Origin: Hypanus sabinus
Taxonomy: Eukaryota
Reading direction: 5' to 3'
Assembly (NCBI RefSeq): GCF_030144855.1
Contig: NC_082731.1
Span: 27,280,001 to 27,344,000 of the forward strand
Length of the DNA: 64,000 bases
Shown here: piece by piece, positions 63,964 to 64,000 of the stretch
Position numbering within the stretch: the first letter of the stretch is position 1
Layout: the number at the start of each line of letters is the position of its first letter
The notes under the pieces: generated by a model
Told to the model about the DNA's origin: nothing
What the model saw: only the letters and a program-made list of their open reading frames with translations
The model's database searches: none
Position numbers and translations under genes: made by a program

Positions 63964-64000
63964 GTAACCAAGTGACTAACAGAGACATCCCATGAAACAC

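Overview
This is eukaryotic DNA from a cartilaginous fish, probably a ray or skate (inferred from the Ig minilocus layout and the transposon families). Bases 1-38.8 kb are a nested transposon field. It contains a Gypsy element, a Nimb/I-clade LINE interrupted by a full-length L1, and a second full-length L1. That second L1 is interrupted by a decayed fish-type (ZFERV/SSSV-like) provirus at 22320-30670 and by a related solo LTR. The provirus carries a 2H-phosphoesterase-like domain between protease and RT, and its LTRs have non-canonical TA...CA ends. Bases 40.4-64 kb hold an IgW heavy-chain minilocus on the + strand. Its V-D-J is already joined in frame in the genomic sequence, with no RSSs. 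Its constant exons are in a permuted order: CH1-CH2-[CH5-like, CH6-like+secretory tail, polyA]-[CH3-like, CH4-like]-TM1. This predicts a fixed-specificity antibody whose secreted and membrane forms use different C-domain pairs. All domain and family calls come from manual translation and remembered motifs; no searches were run.
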